DNA of 64,000 nucleotides from Candidatus Pampinifervens sinense (GTDB taxonomy: Bacteria > Aquificota > Aquificia > Aquificales > Aquificaceae), in the NCBI GenBank assembly GCA_037927135.1, contig JAXSPP010000004.1, forward strand, positions 99,710-163,709. Direction: 5' to 3'. The first letter of the stretch is position 1, and each line of letters starts with the position of its first letter. This document shows, one piece after another, positions 1 to 9,249 of this stretch. The notes beneath the pieces were generated by a model. The model was not told the origin of the DNA, made no database searches, and saw only the letters and a list, made by a program, of their open reading frames with translations. A program made the position numbers and the translations under genes.

Positions 1-535
1 CCAACTCAACCCTTGCCAAATCAAGCTCCCTTTCGGACCTAAAGACCTCCAGCTTGGTGGTCTCTCCAAGTTCAAAAAGCCTTTTTATAAAACTGTGAAG
101 CTCTTGGCTTATCTTGTAGTTTTCCTGTGCCACTTTTAATAGTTCTTTCCTGTATAGGGCCATATAGTAGGCCAGATAGACCTCGCTTATCAAAAGGCTT
201 TTTTCCTGCTCCATCTTTTCAAGGAAGGCCTTCTCTTCGTAATCTACCATCTTTTTGAAGCTTTTCCCAATGGGATAAATACTAAGAGGTTGAGAGTAAG
301 AAAGGCTGTATATAGGATTTGTTTTGACGCTTTCCTTTGATGTGCCAAAGTTTCCCACTTCTACCTCAAGGCTTGGGTTTAGGTAGGACCTGTAGGTCAT
401 GGCCTTGCCCTTGAACTTGACGCTTTCTTCCTTTAGCGCCTTTAAGGATGGATAGTGCTCCAAAGCCCTATCAATGGCACCCCTTAGGTCTATGGCGTAG
501 CACACTTGGATAAGCAAAAGTAGGGCTATTATCAT
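1..535 (-). CDS. TolC/CzcC-family outer-membrane efflux protein, partial (runs off left edge)
   Basis: Hand translation from ATG 535 (ATGA overlap with upstream gene): MIIALLLLIQVCYAIDLRGAIDRALEHYPSLKAL...YLNPSLEVE...EVYLAYY...LFELGETTKLEVFRSERELDLAR; signal peptide plus OEP-repeat pattern. Absent from ORF track. Confidence 0.85.
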   Translation of the reverse strand, partial: MIIALLLLIQVCYAIDLRGAIDRALEHYPSLKALKEESVKFKGKAMTYRSYLNPSLEVEVGNFGTSKESVKTNPIYSLSYSQPLSIYPIGKSFKKMVDYEEKAFLEKMEQEKSLLISEVYLAYYMALYRKELLKVAQENYKISQELHSFIKRLFELGETTKLEVFRSERELDLARVEL

Positions 536-933
536 GGCGTTTTAATAAGGTGTTCATATACCACAACCCCACCCATCCATCCCTGCAAAAATAAAAGCAA
601 TACACCAATCAAAAGCATGATTGTAAAAAGGTTCCTCTTCTTATAAAACCTGACAAGGCCAAGGGCCAAAAAGTACAAAGCCAAAAATAGGCCTAAGGCC
701 TCATGATACTTGAAGATAGATATGCTTTCCAAAAGCTTTTCAACAGGCTCGTGGGCTATTATACCCGATATGCTTCCTCCCACTACCGCCAAGACAGATA
801 AATAGGTCAAAAGGGCATGCAAGCCATCAAGCTCCCTTTTTGTAATCCTATAATACATATCAACCACAAGCAGAAATGCTGGAAAGGCAATGGCAAAATG
901 CACCACTGGTGGATGTAGCTTAATAAGTTCCAT
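532..933 (-). CDS. DUF2231-like membrane protein
   Basis: LHPPVVHFAIA N-terminal motif, internal His (HEALG), four TM segments, C-terminal GGVVVY. Confidence 0.75.
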   Translation of the reverse strand: MELIKLHPPVVHFAIAFPAFLLVVDMYYRITKRELDGLHALLTYLSVLAVVGGSISGIIAHEPVEKLLESISIFKYHEALGLFLALYFLALGLVRFYKKRNLFTIMLLIGVLLLFLQGWMGGVVVYEHLIKTP

Positions 934-956
934 GTTTTAATTTTAACTTACCAAGC

Positions 957-2204
957 TTAACATAAACTTAACCGCAACTTCAAGGAAGCCTCCACCCTAT
1001 AGCCTTCTTCTACCCTCTCTTGTCCTATTTTTAAATCACAGCCCATCATCTTACACAGGTTATAAGCCACATAAAGGCCTATGCCCGTATGCCTTCCCTC
1101 AAAGGGCTTAAAAAGAACCCTCTCTTCTACAGGCTTTTCCGAAAGGTTGCTCACCTTTACATAAACATATTCTCCATCCTTTTCCACCCTTATATCCACC
1201 TTACCATCTTCAATGCCATGCCTTATGGCGTTATCCACAAGCACGCCAAGCACCTCCAAAAGCACATCCCTATCACAATAAGCACAAAGAGGTTCTTCCC
1301 AAAGGTTTAGCCTTATCCTTTTGCCCTCTGGGTCATACAGCCTTACTATGCCTTTTAAAACCTCCTCCAGATTGCACCTTTCCTTCTTTATAAGGTCCTG
1401 CTGGCTTTCCATTTTGGCCATCCTAAGGAATGTGCTTAGGCTTCTTTCTAGCCTCCACAGCTCTTCATGGATAGTCTTTAGCCTATCATCTTTATGGGAC
1501 CTCATGAGGTCTTCCAAAAGAAGAAGGGCAGTAGAGAGGGGAGTTTTTACAGAGTGGCTGAGGGCCAAAAGGATGTTCCTATGCCTTTCTGCACTCTCCC
1601 TTATTTTCTTTATCCCCTCATACACCTTTTCCATAAAGGGCTTTAGCTCTTCATATACCTTTTCATCAAATCTCTGTTCAAAAAGGCTATCACTTGCCCT
1701 CTTTATAGAATTTAGCAAAGACCTTACGGTAAAAAGGTATATGCCAGCCAAGATGAGAAGGAATGAAAGCCATGATAGGAACAAAAAGACCTTTAACCTT
1801 TCTAAAAACTCCTTTTCTGATGTGAAGTTTACCGCATACTGCACATAAAAGCCGTCCTTCCTTTGGTAGGTTAGCATCCTGTAAAACCTGTCTCCTACCT
1901 TTACAAGTCGTAAATCTGGCATTGTCCAGTCTTTACTAAAGGGTAAAGAGATGTCTTCCGAAACTTCCAAAAGAGTCCCATCGGGCGTCCTTATGGCATA
2001 AAGCTCATAGCCTGGGTGAGGCTCAAAGTCTTTTCCCAAAAAGTAAGATTGTTCAAAGATCCTCGCATCATCCGCTATGTGCCTGTCCACCGATGCAAGA
2101 AGGGCCTTTTCCACCACCATATAAAGCACAAGGCTATAGAAAGCAAAGAGAAGAAGGAGAATTGCAAAAAACAAATTTAGATGAAGCTTTATGGACCTTT
2201 TCAT
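957..2204 (-). CDS. Sensor histidine kinase
   Basis: Two TMs, H-box SHSVKTPL, N-box LVDNAIRH, HTGIGL. Confidence 0.9.
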   Translation of the reverse strand: MKRSIKLHLNLFFAILLLLFAFYSLVLYMVVEKALLASVDRHIADDARIFEQSYFLGKDFEPHPGYELYAIRTPDGTLLEVSEDISLPFSKDWTMPDLRLVKVGDRFYRMLTYQRKDGFYVQYAVNFTSEKEFLERLKVFLFLSWLSFLLILAGIYLFTVRSLLNSIKRASDSLFEQRFDEKVYEELKPFMEKVYEGIKKIRESAERHRNILLALSHSVKTPLSTALLLLEDLMRSHKDDRLKTIHEELWRLERSLSTFLRMAKMESQQDLIKKERCNLEEVLKGIVRLYDPEGKRIRLNLWEEPLCAYCDRDVLLEVLGVLVDNAIRHGIEDGKVDIRVEKDGEYVYVKVSNLSEKPVEERVLFKPFEGRHTGIGLYVAYNLCKMMGCDLKIGQERVEEGYRVEASLKLRLSLC

Positions 2205-2851
2205 TCCACCATATACCCCAATCCTTTTACAGATTTTATGATATGCTTTGACCCAAGCTTCTTCCTTATCCTTGAGATAAGCACCTCCAAGCTGTTGCTA
2301 TCGGAGTGGTAGTAAAAGACCTTTTCCCTTAGCTCCTCCTTGCTTACATACCTTCCCCTGTTTAGACACAGGTATTCAAGGATGGCATACTCTCCATGGG
2401 TAAGCTTTATCTCCTCCCCTTTCACAAAGACCTTTTTCCTTCCCATATCCAGTCTCAAATCCTCTATCTGTATCACATCGGAAGATCCTCCATACCTCCT
2501 CCTTATCAAGGCCCTCACCCTTGCCAAAAGCTCTTCAAGATGAAAAGGCTTAGTAAGATAGTCATCCGCACCCAAAGTGAAAAGCTTGACCTTTTGAGAT
2601 ATATCTCCCATAACAGTTAGCATAAGAATAGGTGTATTGACCCCCTCTTCCCTTAGCCTTTTTACTATCTTATCCCCCTCCAAAGTGGGAAGAAGAAGGT
2701 CCAGAATAATGAGATCAAAGCCTCCACTTAAAGCCAGCTCAAGCCCCCTTTTACCATCCGAAGCCAAGCTGACCCTGTAGCCTTCCCTCTCAAGGATGCT
2801 CTTTAAAGACCTTGCCAGAGAAAGGTCATCCTCTATGAGGAGCACCCTCAA
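2201..2851 (-). CDS. OmpR-family response regulator
   Basis: LIEDD, DLIILDLLLP, GADDYLTKPF, winged-helix KSVKGLGY. Confidence 0.95.
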   Translation of the reverse strand: MRVLLIEDDLSLARSLKSILEREGYRVSLASDGKRGLELALSGGFDLIILDLLLPTLEGDKIVKRLREEGVNTPILMLTVMGDISQKVKLFTLGADDYLTKPFHLEELLARVRALIRRRYGGSSDVIQIEDLRLDMGRKKVFVKGEEIKLTHGEYAILEYLCLNRGRYVSKEELREKVFYYHSDSNSLEVLISRIRKKLGSKHIIKSVKGLGYMVE

Positions 2852-3138
2852 GGTCTTGGCGTTGCCTCCATTAGCATCTTTTTACGTATTTCATAATGTT
2901 CCCTTCTTTTTTGTTCTTTTACATCCATCATACAAAGCTTCATATCCCTATAGCTTTTTGCCTTCTCCACACACTCTCTTTCCTTGGGAAGATACTTCTC
3001 CTTTAGCTTTATCTTTTCCAGCATATACACTTTACACTTTTCCCAGTTTTGTTCACACCACTCTTTGTGCATCTTTCCATCCATGGGATGGGCAAGGCTT
3101 ACGCTTGTAAGAACCATCAAAAGTAGAAGTTTCTTCAT
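2848..3138 (-). CDS. Small exported His/Met/Cys-containing protein
   Basis: RBS AAGGAGGT, signal peptide ending SLA, mature start HPMDGKMH, four Cys. Confidence 0.7.
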   Translation of the reverse strand: MKKLLLLMVLTSVSLAHPMDGKMHKEWCEQNWEKCKVYMLEKIKLKEKYLPKERECVEKAKSYRDMKLCMMDVKEQKRREHYEIRKKMLMEATPRP

Positions 3139-3175
3139 GGCTTTACCTCCTTAAGTTTAATCTAGAGCCTTTTCC

Positions 3176-3192
3176 TTAACCAAAGATTAACC
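3176..3192. promoter_or_regulatory. TTAACC-N5-TTAACC direct repeat, candidate OmpR-family binding site
   Basis: 11-bp-spaced direct repeat about 40-55 bp upstream of the two-component operon start. Confidence 0.45.
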
Positions 3193-3269
3193 ACAAAGGC
3201 TGAGCCATATCACTAAAAGAGTGGCTTTTAAGGATTAAAATTTCTCTTTAATTAAATAAGGAGGCAATC

Positions 3270-5447
3270 ATGTGGAGAGTGATATATACTGGCCAGAGGC
3301 CACACTATGAGAACATAGCCCTTGATAGGATCATGCTAGACCTTATGGCAGAGAATAAAATCCCACCAACAATAAGGTTTCTGCAGTTCAAGCCAGAATG
3401 TGTTCTTATAGGCTTCCACCAGGCGGTAGAACAAGAGGTAAGGCTTGAATATACTCAAAGGGAAGGTATAGAGGTGGGAAGGCGTATAACGGGCGGTGGT
3501 GCCATATACTTTGATGAAACCCAGATAGGCTGGGAGGTGATAGCCACAAAGGACCATCTTGGGGACCTAAACTACGAAGAGCTTACAAGGAAGATATGCA
3601 CTGGCGTGGCAAAGGGGCTTCAAAAGCTTGGAATAAAGGCGGAGTTCAGGCCAAGGAATGACATAGAGGTGGAGGGAAGGAAGATTTCTGGCACCGGCGG
3701 AGTTTTTGAGGGCAAGGCCTTTTTATACCAAGGCACTGTGCTTATGGATTTTAACGTAGAGAGGATGTTAAAGTCCTTGCAGATACCCGTGGAAAAGCTA
3801 ACCTCTAAGGGGATAAAATCTGCAGAGGACAGGGTAGAGTGGGTAAAGAGGGCTTTGGGCTATCTTCCGGAGAAGGAAAAGGTCTTTGAGGCCATACTCC
3901 AAGGGTTAAAGGAGGAGCTAAACATTGACTTCCAATGGGGAGAGCTGACCGATGAGGAGCTGAGGCTCCTTGAAGAAAAGAAGGACTACTTTAGAAGTGA
4001 GGAATGGATATACCATGTAAAGAAGGCTCCCACCGACAGCGAGATGCTCTTTGGTATATACAGGTGTCCAGGTGGAACCTTTAGGGTCTCCGCCAAGGTG
4101 GACCTTCAAAGCAAAGTCTTACAACAGATTATCATAAACGGAGACTTCTTTGTAAGGCCCCAAAGGCTCATATACGACCTTGAGGCCTATCTAAAGCATA
4201 CGCCCATAAAAGATGTGGAAAAAAGGATAAGGGAGTTTTTCTCTCAAAGAGAATGGGAAGGTCTAAACCTAAGGGTAGAAGACTTTGTAGAAGCTGTCTT
4301 GTTTCCCCTTAGAAAGATAGAAGGTGTGGAACTTGGCATAGAAAAAAAAAGATTGAATAACATAATAGCCTCTATAGGAGGAGGCCTAATAGAAAACCTT
4401 CAAAAGGCAAAGGTTATGCTCCTTCCTTACTGTGCCAAGCCAAGATGGTGTGATTACAGACACCTTGACGACTGTGGTGAATGTGGTGGATGCACCGTGG
4501 GCGATGCCTACAGGCTTGCCTACCAAAAGGGTATGATACCCATAACTATAACTTCTTTTGAACTTCTTAGAGACACCCTTCTCTGGTGTGCCCAAAATGG
4601 CTACACCTATGTAGGCCACTGCTGTTATGAGTTTTATGAAAAGAGGTATGAGATATTCAAAAGGGCTGCGGAAGAAGGTGCCAAGGGTGTGCTTTTTGAC
4701 ATAGTGGGAACCACATGCTACAGCCTTGGAGTGGAAGAGGAGGAAAAAGCCTATCATGGAGAGTTCACTGTGGAGCTGGATCTAATAAAAGAGGATTTAT
4801 ACAAGAGTCTTTCCGTTAAAGAGGATGTGGAAAAGGTAGAAAGACAAAGGGTTGACTTTGACTTCTCGCCATATCTCTTGGAATTCAAGCCTAGCTACTA
4901 CAAAAAGCCAAAGGCTGTGCCTACACCAAAGGAGGATATGACGAGAACTTCTATGCAAAGGGAGGTCTTCTTAGGGGAGGCCACCATTGAGGAGAAAGCG
5001 GTAAGCTATAAAGAGGCTTTGGAGCTTCTTGCCAAATGGATAAAAGAGTCGGAAAGGCCTACCATAGTGCTTGGACCTCTTGTCTTTTGGGACTTTGGAG
5101 AAAGAGATCTTCAAGAAAAGGCAAAGGCTGTGAGAGACCTTATAGAAAAGGTAGGAAGGTTCAACGTTAAAGTCCTTCCAGATTATAGGCCAAAGCTGAA
5201 AAAGTATGACCCTTCTGTGGAGATGGACCCACCAAACCCCCATCATGCCATCTTACATGGCAAGCATGACCTCACCATCCTTGTGGGAGTCCATTGCTAC
5301 AGGACAGACTTTGTTATAAGACTTTTGAGAAAACACACGGATACAAAGATAGCAACCTTGTGTGGCCTATACGGCCATCCTACAGCCCATCTTTCCACTG
5401 CCTTTACCGATGCGCAAAAGATTGAAGACCTGATAAAGCTACTTTAG
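3270..5447 (+). CDS. Lipoate-protein ligase (LplA-type) fused to a Cys-rich DUF116-like domain and a PorD/ForD (CODH epsilon-like) domain
   Basis: RRITGGGAIY, RPRNDIEVEGRKISG, C-terminal GDFF; then LLPYCAK...CGECGGC...HCC; then PDYRPK...VGVHC...LCGLYGH. Confidence 0.85.
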   Translation: MWRVIYTGQRPHYENIALDRIMLDLMAENKIPPTIRFLQFKPECVLIGFHQAVEQEVRLEYTQREGIEVGRRITGGGAIYFDETQIGWEVIATKDHLGDLNYEELTRKICTGVAKGLQKLGIKAEFRPRNDIEVEGRKISGTGGVFEGKAFLYQGTVLMDFNVERMLKSLQIPVEKLTSKGIKSAEDRVEWVKRALGYLPEKEKVFEAILQGLKEELNIDFQWGELTDEELRLLEEKKDYFRSEEWIYHVKKAPTDSEMLFGIYRCPGGTFRVSAKVDLQSKVLQQIIINGDFFVRPQRLIYDLEAYLKHTPIKDVEKRIREFFSQREWEGLNLRVEDFVEAVLFPLRKIEGVELGIEKKRLNNIIASIGGGLIENLQKAKVMLLPYCAKPRWCDYRHLDDCGECGGCTVGDAYRLAYQKGMIPITITSFELLRDTLLWCAQNGYTYVGHCCYEFYEKRYEIFKRAAEEGAKGVLFDIVGTTCYSLGVEEEEKAYHGEFTVELDLIKEDLYKSLSVKEDVEKVERQRVDFDFSPYLLEFKPSYYKKPKAVPTPKEDMTRTSMQREVFLGEATIEEKAVSYKEALELLAKWIKESERPTIVLGPLVFWDFGERDLQEKAKAVRDLIEKVGRFNVKVLPDYRPKLKKYDPSVEMDPPNPHHAILHGKHDLTILVGVHCYRTDFVIRLLRKHTDTKIATLCGLYGHPTAHLSTAFTDAQKIEDLIKLL

Positions 5448-5526
5448 AGTTTTTTCCAAAGGCTTGACAGAAAAGCTTATTGGCCTTGCAACTTTGCAAA
5501 AGCATAAGGCTTATATTAGATAACCC

Positions 5527-6585
5527 ATGATAAGGATCATTGAGCCAAGGTTTTCGGAAGAGGAAAAAGAGATTGTCTTGGAAATTTTAAATAGCGGGCA
5601 CATAACAAGAGGCAAGTGGACAGCCCTATTCCAAGAGGAGTTTGCCAAATACATCGGCGTAAAGCATGTCTTTACCGTGTGTTCTGGAACTGTGGCCCTC
5701 TTTATAGCCCTAAAGGCTTTGAATGTGGAAGGAAGGCATGTGATTGTTCCTGCCATGAGCTTTATGGCCACCATAGATGCGGTCTATTTGGCGGGAGGCA
5801 TTCCTGTGGTGGTGGACGTGGATGAATACTACACCATGGATCCAAACCAGCTGGAAGATGCGGTAAAAAGATGCAACCCTAAGGTGGTTATCCCCGTTCA
5901 CCTTTATGGGCAGACGGCGGATATGGATTCAATCATGTGGCTTTCAGAGAAGTATGGCTTTTATGTGCTTGAGGACTCTGCCCAGGCCCATGGTGCCCTG
6001 TGGAAAGGCAAAAGGGCAGGGTCTTTGGGTCATCTTTCGGCCTTTAGCTTTTACGCCTCTAAAAACATTCCCATGGGAGAAGGTGGTGCCATAGCTACCA
6101 ACGATGATGGGCTTGCCCAAGAGATAAAAAAATGGATAGACTTTGGAGATCATCCTGCCTTCAATGTAAGGATTACGGAATTTCAAGCGGGAATTGGCTA
6201 TGTGCAACTCAAAAAAGTAGAAGAAAACAACAGAAGGAGAAGGGAGATAGCTTCAAAGTATAGGCAATGTTTAAATGGGGGCTTTATTCATCCGGAAGAG
6301 AGGGAAGGAGCTTACCATGTTTATCATCTTTATACCCTCAGGCATCCAGATAGGGATAAGATAGTTAGAGGTCTAAAGGAGAGGGGGATAGACGCAAGGG
6401 TATATTATCCCTATCTACTTCATGAGCTAAGAGATGCAAAGCACTTGCCTACTCCAAGGGCGGAAAGCTTTAAAAAGGAAGTTTTTTCCATACCAGTCCA
6501 TCCATACCTTACAGAGGAGGAGGTAAATTTTGTTATTGATTCTCTTCTCTCTTTGGCACAGTTAGCTCCGCACCCCTTATGTTGA
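5527..6585 (+). CDS. DegT/DnrJ/EryC1/StrS PLP-dependent sugar aminotransferase
   Basis: SGTVAL, PVHLYGQ, EDSAQAHGA, SFYASKN.GEGG. Confidence 0.95.
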   Translation: MIRIIEPRFSEEEKEIVLEILNSGHITRGKWTALFQEEFAKYIGVKHVFTVCSGTVALFIALKALNVEGRHVIVPAMSFMATIDAVYLAGGIPVVVDVDEYYTMDPNQLEDAVKRCNPKVVIPVHLYGQTADMDSIMWLSEKYGFYVLEDSAQAHGALWKGKRAGSLGHLSAFSFYASKNIPMGEGGAIATNDDGLAQEIKKWIDFGDHPAFNVRITEFQAGIGYVQLKKVEENNRRRREIASKYRQCLNGGFIHPEEREGAYHVYHLYTLRHPDRDKIVRGLKERGIDARVYYPYLLHELRDAKHLPTPRAESFKKEVFSIPVHPYLTEEEVNFVIDSLLSLAQLAPHPLC

Positions 6586-7273
6586 GTATAACTATCTCCA
6601 CCCTTCTGTTTTGAGCCCTACCCTCTGGTGTAGCATTGGAAACCAAAGGTCTCGTATCCGCATAGCCAGAAGCCTTTAACCTTTCTGAGTTTATACCTCT
6701 TGATATGAAGTATCTCACTATTGAGCTTGCCCTTGCAGTAGAAAGCTCCCAGTTGGAGGGAAACCTTTCGGTAGATATGGGTATGTTGTCTGTGTGTCCT
6801 TCCACCTCCACAGGGTTTGGAAGGTCCTTGATTATCTCATAAATCTTGTCCAATATAGGTCTCATCTCCGGCTTTATGTCCGCACTTCCCGAATCAAAAA
6901 GAAGTTTTTCTTGAAGTATAAGCCTAATGCCTATGGCCTCATAGGCTATCTTAAACTCACCTTCTAGACCAAGCTTTTTAAGCATCTCTTGGAGCTCTTG
7001 AAGTTGTCTAAGTATCCTTCTTCCCCTCTCCGTTGGTTCAGCCTTTTTTAACACTGGCTCTGGCAATATCTGTTTTGGAAGCGTCTCTTGAAAGGGCACA
7101 AACCTCATACCAAAAGCCCTCGCAAAGGCTTGAGCATACTCTAAGGCTGCTTGCTTGCCCGCTTGAGCCATGGCAAAGAGGGCGATAAAGAGACAAAGAA
7201 GTAATGTAAGAAAGTCTGCATAGGGTATGGCCCACCTTTCGGAAACCTCTTCTGGACACTTTTTCTTCTTCAT
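6533..7273 (-). CDS. motB: Flagellar motor stator MotB
   Basis: WAIPYADFLTLLL, OmpA-like EGHTD, NWELSTARA, NRRVEI. Confidence 0.95.
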   Translation of the reverse strand: MKKKKCPEEVSERWAIPYADFLTLLLCLFIALFAMAQAGKQAALEYAQAFARAFGMRFVPFQETLPKQILPEPVLKKAEPTERGRRILRQLQELQEMLKKLGLEGEFKIAYEAIGIRLILQEKLLFDSGSADIKPEMRPILDKIYEIIKDLPNPVEVEGHTDNIPISTERFPSNWELSTARASSIVRYFISRGINSERLKASGYADTRPLVSNATPEGRAQNRRVEIVILNIRGAELTVPKREENQ

Positions 7274-8022
7274 TATCCCTTCACCTCAATGTAGGAACTT
7301 AGCCTCTCTTCTATAAGCCTTGGGTTTTCACCCCTTACCATCATCCTACATGCATCCAAAACCATGTACATTTTGAGTATTTCCTCCTTAGATTTTATTT
7401 TTATCTTCTTTGCAATAGGTCCAAAGATAAGATAAGAGAAGGTTATGCCGTAAACTGTAGCCACAAAGGCCGAAGATATGCCGTAAGCAAGCTCTTGAGC
7501 GTTATCAAGGCTTTTTAGGGCTTTCATAAGGCCAAAGACAGCACCCACAAGGCCAAAGGTTGGAGCACTTTCCGCAGAGTTCTTCCAATACTCTACGGCT
7601 ATTTCAAAGTCTTCTTCCTTTTTTGCTATCTCTGCCTCAAGGCTTTCAGCCAAAACGTTTTCATCCACACCAAGCACCATAAGGTCTATAGCCCTTCTAA
7701 GAAAGGGATCTTCTATCTCTTCAGCTTTCGTCTCAAGGGCAAGCATACCTTCCTTTCTTACAAGGTTTGCAAGCTCTATAAGCCTATTTTTCATCTCGAT
7801 CATCTCATTGCTTCCCCCTTTGAAGGCCAATTTAAGACCTTCTATTATCAAAGAAAATTTATGAATAGGCATGACTACAAGGCTTGCAAAAAGTGTGGTA
7901 GGAACCACTATTACAAAGGCTGCAGGCTGGATTAAAAAGAGGATGCTCGCTCCTTTGAGAACTGCTCCCACAAGAAGTGCGATAAGTCCTCCAACTATGC
8001 CAATGATTGTAAGAAGGTCCAT
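7273..8022 (-). CDS. motA: Flagellar motor stator MotA
   Basis: Start MDLLTIIG; RKEGMLALE, APTFGLVGAVFGL, AFVATVYG, GENPR. Confidence 0.95.
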   Translation of the reverse strand: MDLLTIIGIVGGLIALLVGAVLKGASILFLIQPAAFVIVVPTTLFASLVVMPIHKFSLIIEGLKLAFKGGSNEMIEMKNRLIELANLVRKEGMLALETKAEEIEDPFLRRAIDLMVLGVDENVLAESLEAEIAKKEEDFEIAVEYWKNSAESAPTFGLVGAVFGLMKALKSLDNAQELAYGISSAFVATVYGITFSYLIFGPIAKKIKIKSKEEILKMYMVLDACRMMVRGENPRLIEERLSSYIEVKG

Positions 8023-8064
8023 GGTTATAATTATAATCGCCTCTTGTGGTTTAATATTTAAGCC

Positions 8065-9249
8065 ATGAGAGTTTTGAGCGGTATGAGACCAACTGGAAAG
8101 CTTCATCTTGGACACTATTTTGGTGTTATAAAAAACTGGATAAAGCTACAGGAAGAACATCAAACCTTTTATATGATCGCAGACTGGCATGCTCTCACCA
8201 CGGGCTACAAAAAAGTTCAGGAGATACCACAGAACATAGAGGAGATGCTTATAGACTGGATTACCCTTGGTATAGACCCTAAAAAGAGTGTCCTTTTTAA
8301 ACAATCGGACATAAAAGAACATGCGGAGCTTTTTCTTATATTTTCCATGATAACACCCAAGAGTTGGCTTGAATGGAACCCAACCTACAAGGATACAAAA
8401 TACAACCTTTTGAGGATAGCAGACCTCAGCCTTATGTTCAAAGGTGGCATAAGGGACCTTGTGAGGACCTTTATAGCCTCTTTGCCTTATAAGGTAGAAG
8501 ACTTTGAGGCCCTTGAAGAAATGCTTTTGGACAACCTTTCAGATGCCCTTATTGAGGCCCTCTTTGAAGGCCACTTGGACAAGGAAATCCTAAAAGAGCT
8601 AAATGTTTCAAAAAGAGAGTTTTACGATACGGATACTTATGGCTTTCTTGGATATCCTGTTTTGCAAGCTGTGGATATTCTCATATACAAGGCGGAGGCT
8701 GTGCCTGTAGGAGAGGATCAATTGCCACACATAGAGCTGGCAAGGGAGATAGCAAGGAGGTTCAACAGCCTATACGGTGAAACCTTTCCAGAGCCACAGG
8801 CTATGCTTACAGAAACACCAAAGCTTCCCGGCACCGATGGGAGAAAGATGAGCAAATCTTACAACAACGCCATCTATTTTGCAGACAGCAAAGAAGAAGT
8901 CCAAAGGAAGGTGATGAGCTTTTTCACAGACCCTCAAAAGCTCCGTAAAGGGGACCCAGGAAGGCCTGAAATCTGTCCTGTCTTCTTCTATCATAAGCTC
9001 TTTAGTCCATCACAAAAGGTAGAGGAAATAGAAAGGGACTGCAGAAGCGGTAAACTTGGCTGTGTTGACTGTAAAAGGCTTATGTTTGAAGGCCTTGAGG
9101 CCTTCCTTGAGCCTATAAGAGAAAGAAGAAAGGAGGTGGAAAAGGATAAGGAGATGTTAAAAGAGGTGTTAAAGGAAGGTGCTAAAAAAGCCAGAGTTAT
9201 AGCGATCAAGACTATGGAAGAGGTAAGGGAGAAGATTAGGGTGGGATGA
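8065..9249 (+). CDS. trpS: Tryptophan-tRNA ligase with a ~70 aa insertion
   Basis: SGMRPTGKLHLGH, VPVGEDQ, KMSKS. Confidence 0.97.
   Translation: MRVLSGMRPTGKLHLGHYFGVIKNWIKLQEEHQTFYMIADWHALTTGYKKVQEIPQNIEEMLIDWITLGIDPKKSVLFKQSDIKEHAELFLIFSMITPKSWLEWNPTYKDTKYNLLRIADLSLMFKGGIRDLVRTFIASLPYKVEDFEALEEMLLDNLSDALIEALFEGHLDKEILKELNVSKREFYDTDTYGFLGYPVLQAVDILIYKAEAVPVGEDQLPHIELAREIARRFNSLYGETFPEPQAMLTETPKLPGTDGRKMSKSYNNAIYFADSKEEVQRKVMSFFTDPQKLRKGDPGRPEICPVFFYHKLFSPSQKVEEIERDCRSGKLGCVDCKRLMFEGLEAFLEPIRERRKEVEKDKEMLKEVLKEGAKKARVIAIKTMEEVREKIRVG

Noticed and set aside
1089-1848. Antisense ORFs, also 14883-15416, 30929-31465, 34536-34997 and 61857-62345
   Set aside because: Shadow frames of well-supported genes; Ser/Phe/Pro-rich with no motifs
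5464-5500. Possible sigma54 site (TGGC...TTGC) or TTGACA promoter before the DegT gene
   Set aside because: GG-GC spacing is 12 rather than 10, and there is no -10 at 17 bp from TTGACA
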